From the NCBI GenBank assembly GCA_044337585.1, contig JBIINH010000003.1:1-40239 (forward strand): a stretch of 40,239 nucleotides of DNA, in the 5' to 3' direction. How positions within the stretch are numbered: the first letter of the stretch is position 1; each line of letters begins with the position of its first letter. Positions 37,778-40,239 of this stretch are shown here, piece by piece. The position numbers and the translations under genes are program-made. Under the pieces are notes generated by a model. It was not told where the DNA came from and ran no database searches. It saw nothing but the letters and a program-made list of their open reading frames with translations. The DNA is from Bacteroidia bacterium. GTDB taxonomy: Bacteria > Bacteroidota > Bacteroidia > UKL13-3.

Positions 37778-39529
37778 TTAGCGAATTGCAGATTGAAACA
37801 CTGGATTAGCCCAGAACTTGATAAACTCCACATCATCCTTAGCCATAGTGCGCGCATCTGCACTTAATTGCACTGCACGTGTAAGGTTAGTAGTCATTAA
37901 ATCTTGATTATTGGTACGAGCACCAATAATTGCACGTAAATAATAGCAATTCCAAGTTAGTGACTCTGGGTTCATGTTGTCAATAGTAGCTTTAGCTGCA
38001 TTTGCATCTCCGCTGAGTAATTGAGCTAATGCCAAATTAAAATCTTTAACACCTGACTTATTGAAATTTGCTATAGCATCAGCATAGTTTCCTGTTTTAA
38101 TTGCAAGTACACCCATCCCATAGCTGGCATCGCCACCTTTACCGGTTGCTTGCTTGTATAATTCAGCAGCCTTTTTATAATCACCTTCCATACGTGCTAC
38201 ATTAGCCATATTTACCAAAATAATTCCGTTTTCAGGTGAAAGTTCATTGGCTTTTGCGATGTTTGACTTTCCTGATGCCGAATTACCCAAAGCAAATTGA
38301 GTAGAACCAAGGTTATTGTATCCTCTCCAATCGTTGGGATATTTCTCTACCAATTTTGTATATACCGACTGCTTTTGGTTCAAGTCTGTAGTGATTTTGC
38401 CTAGTTGTAATAATTCAGTATCGCTCAAAATATCTAATGTAGCCAAATTGGCTTTCAATTCATCATCACTCTTCAAAGGAGTTTGCCCCATTACCTGTAA
38501 TTCTGATCTGCGAAGAGTAGGAAGCAATTTAGTTTTTGACATTTCCCAAAATTTAGGGAAACTTCTTTTGATTTGAGCTTCACGTTCTTCATCGGAAATA
38601 CTTTTGTTATTAATGATATTTAGAACATCATTTTTCTCAGTTGCATTGCTTGCTTCTACCAGCTTTGCAAACCCTGCCCAATCTTCTGATAAGGTGTATC
38701 CCATTTTAAAGTTTTCATCATTTGCTTCTGTGAAACCAAGTTTCTTCAATTCTTTTTTGAAGTAGTTGAATGTTGAGTTTGAGCGACCTTTTGATAATCC
38801 TTCATTACGTCTCAATTCACCATCAGGAGAAGCAAACGCATTGATATTGATACCATTAACTTGCCAATCTTTGCTGGTTTTTAATACTTTTTTAAGCGAA
38901 TCAATTTGTTGTTTGTTGGTAAATAACCCCTTCATGCTAAAATTAGCATTAAATTTATCTACGTTAATTGGGAAATAGATATTAATATTTTTTGTGCCTG
39001 GGGTAGCAACATATGGTGTTTTATCATATTGCATACCACTGCCCATGTTGCTTACCAATAAAGGAGTAATATTTGTTCCTTCTGCTAATGGTTTTACATC
39101 AGCACCTAGTTCCACATTTTGAAATGCCCCTTTAACTTTTACCGCAAAGCTTGGGTACATAGTGGTTCGTTTTAAATCTGGTGTGTATGCAATCTTTTCG
39201 GTGTACGTTACTTTTCCACCGGTTTTTGAATTTAATTTTACATCAACAGATTCTGTAACTTTCTCACCACCCAATATCATTTCTTTCAGCTGTAAATCAC
39301 CATTTACAGATTTCAATACGGGTTGAAATTTAATAATCGCAGCCGGGTTAACTGATTTTGGTGGTACATTGGCTGAAATTGTAATTTCTATTGAGTCACC
39401 TTTCAACTCTAATGGATTAGGTGTTACGGTGTAGTTATTATTCGCCATGTTGTTTTTTACACCACATGAGTTTATAAGAACAACGCCCAACATTACAGAT
39501 GCTAATAATTTTAGTTTGTTGCGTATCAT
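37778..39529 (-). CDS. Lipoprotein with an OmpA-like segment and C-terminal TPR repeats
   Basis: The internal ATG at 39529 gives MIRNKLKLLASVMLGVVLINSCG (lipobox). The mid region AFASPDGELRRNEGLSKGRSNS resembles the OmpA-like peptidoglycan-binding core. The C-terminus has TPR-like repeats (GYNNLGSTQFALGN, EGDYKKAAELYKQA). The ORF-track TTG at 39646 adds 39 implausible residues. Confidence 0.6.
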   Translation of the reverse strand: MIRNKLKLLASVMLGVVLINSCGVKNNMANNNYTVTPNPLELKGDSIEITISANVPPKSVNPAAIIKFQPVLKSVNGDLQLKEMILGGEKVTESVDVKLNSKTGGKVTYTEKIAYTPDLKRTTMYPSFAVKVKGAFQNVELGADVKPLAEGTNITPLLVSNMGSGMQYDKTPYVATPGTKNINIYFPINVDKFNANFSMKGLFTNKQQIDSLKKVLKTSKDWQVNGININAFASPDGELRRNEGLSKGRSNSTFNYFKKELKKLGFTEANDENFKMGYTLSEDWAGFAKLVEASNATEKNDVLNIINNKSISDEEREAQIKRSFPKFWEMSKTKLLPTLRRSELQVMGQTPLKSDDELKANLATLDILSDTELLQLGKITTDLNQKQSVYTKLVEKYPNDWRGYNNLGSTQFALGNSASGKSNIAKANELSPENGIILVNMANVARMEGDYKKAAELYKQATGKGGDASYGMGVLAIKTGNYADAIANFNKSGVKDFNLALAQLLSGDANAAKATIDNMNPESLTWNCYYLRAIIGARTNNQDLMTTNLTRAVQLSADARTMAKDDVEFIKFWANPVFQSAIR

Positions 39530-39809
39530 ACTTTGTTTTAATTTGCTGTGCAATATTACATTTATTTGTATTACAAATCCATTAAATTTTACACATTGTA
39601 TATTATAAAAATTAAAGGTAAAGCCAAAATTCCAGATTATGTCCAATTGCGTGACGATAATTTTACGCTTATTGCCTATTTCCGTACCGATAGGCCGGAA
39701 AGAGCTTTAGAAAAATGCGGTTTAGGTCATTTAAACGAACAAATCTTAATTTTGGTAAATGAAATACCGTTTGGGAAGATGCAGAAATTTGAATTGAAAT
39801 AAATAAAAA

Positions 39810-40239
39810 GTGGAAAACGAATTAATCATACAATTAAAAGACGCGCAAGTATATCAAGCCAATAACCTGATTTTATCAGATGTTGACATTGAAATACGTA
39901 AGGGAGAATTTTGGTACTTAATTGGCCAAACAGGAAGTGGAAAATCCAGTTTATTAAAAACCATGTATGGCGAACTGAAACTAGACCATGGTGGAGGCAC
40001 GATTGCTGGCTTTGATTTGTTAAAATTAAAAACTACGGATGTGCCATTTCTAAGGCGAAAATTAGGTATCGTTTTCCAAGACTTTCAGTTATTAACTGAC
40101 CGTTCAGTTTATGAAAACCTTCGTTTTGTTTTGCAAGCTACCGGATGGAAGTCCGAAGCGGAAATGAAAAGCCGTATTGAAGAAGTACTAGAAATGGTAG
40201 GACTACAAACCAAAGACTTCAAAATGCCTTTTGAAATAA
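39810..40239 (+). CDS. ftsE: Cell-division ABC ATPase FtsE (3' end off window)
   Basis: Hand-translated from GTG 39810: VENELIIQLKDAQVYQ...LIGQTGSGKSSLLK (Walker A)...PFLRRKLGIVFQDFQLLTDRSVYENLRFVL. It is open to the window edge and is absent from the ORF track because it has no stop. Confidence 0.85.
   Translation, partial: MENELIIQLKDAQVYQANNLILSDVDIEIRKGEFWYLIGQTGSGKSSLLKTMYGELKLDHGGGTIAGFDLLKLKTTDVPFLRRKLGIVFQDFQLLTDRSVYENLRFVLQATGWKSEAEMKSRIEEVLEMVGLQTKDFKMPFEI

Overview
AT-rich chromosomal segment that looks like core genome of a Bacteroidota bacterium. The placement rests on T9SS and gliding genes (porQ, a PorV/PorQ-family barrel, gldE-gldD), TTG-N19/20-TAnnTTTG promoters and a bS22-like micro-ORF. 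About 40 genes are mostly housekeeping: cmk, efp, pepT, ftsK, a methylmalonyl-CoA mutase catalytic subunit, a split 5'-nucleotidase, dnaA, a MazG-like gene, an RNase G string (hup-TPR-bS22-rng), mutY-ssb-gldE-gldD, a NUDIX/DinB/OM-barrel string, a histone H1-like repeat protein, cinA, a 2-oxoacid dehydrogenase E2, msrB, a glutamate/dicarboxylate symporter, an ECF sigma pair, groES-groEL, queA and partial ftsE. I found no rRNA, tRNA, CRISPR array, transposase, integrase, toxin-antitoxin pair or recognisable defence module, and I see no convincing evidence of a novel multi-gene system. The leads worth a second look are small. (1) A 161-nt long-range inverted repeat with adjacent alternative hairpins lies in the cmk-efp gap and could be a structured sRNA or a MITE. 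(2) A 29-codon ultra-basic ORF and a 54-codon lipoprotein ORF are missing from the ORF track. (3) A self-contained H1-like gene is built from 30-bp tandem repeats and sits next to a 430-bp unexplained AT-rich spacer. (4) An ECF sigma is paired with an anti-sigma-like protein whose C-terminus looks like an OM beta-barrel. (5) A 5'-nucleotidase is split with its two domains in permuted order. (6) Identical DnaA-box-like 13-mers lie upstream of dnaA. All family names come from my reading of the translated ORFs; no searches were run. Coordinates read from the raw sequence rather than the ORF track may be off by 1-2 nt.
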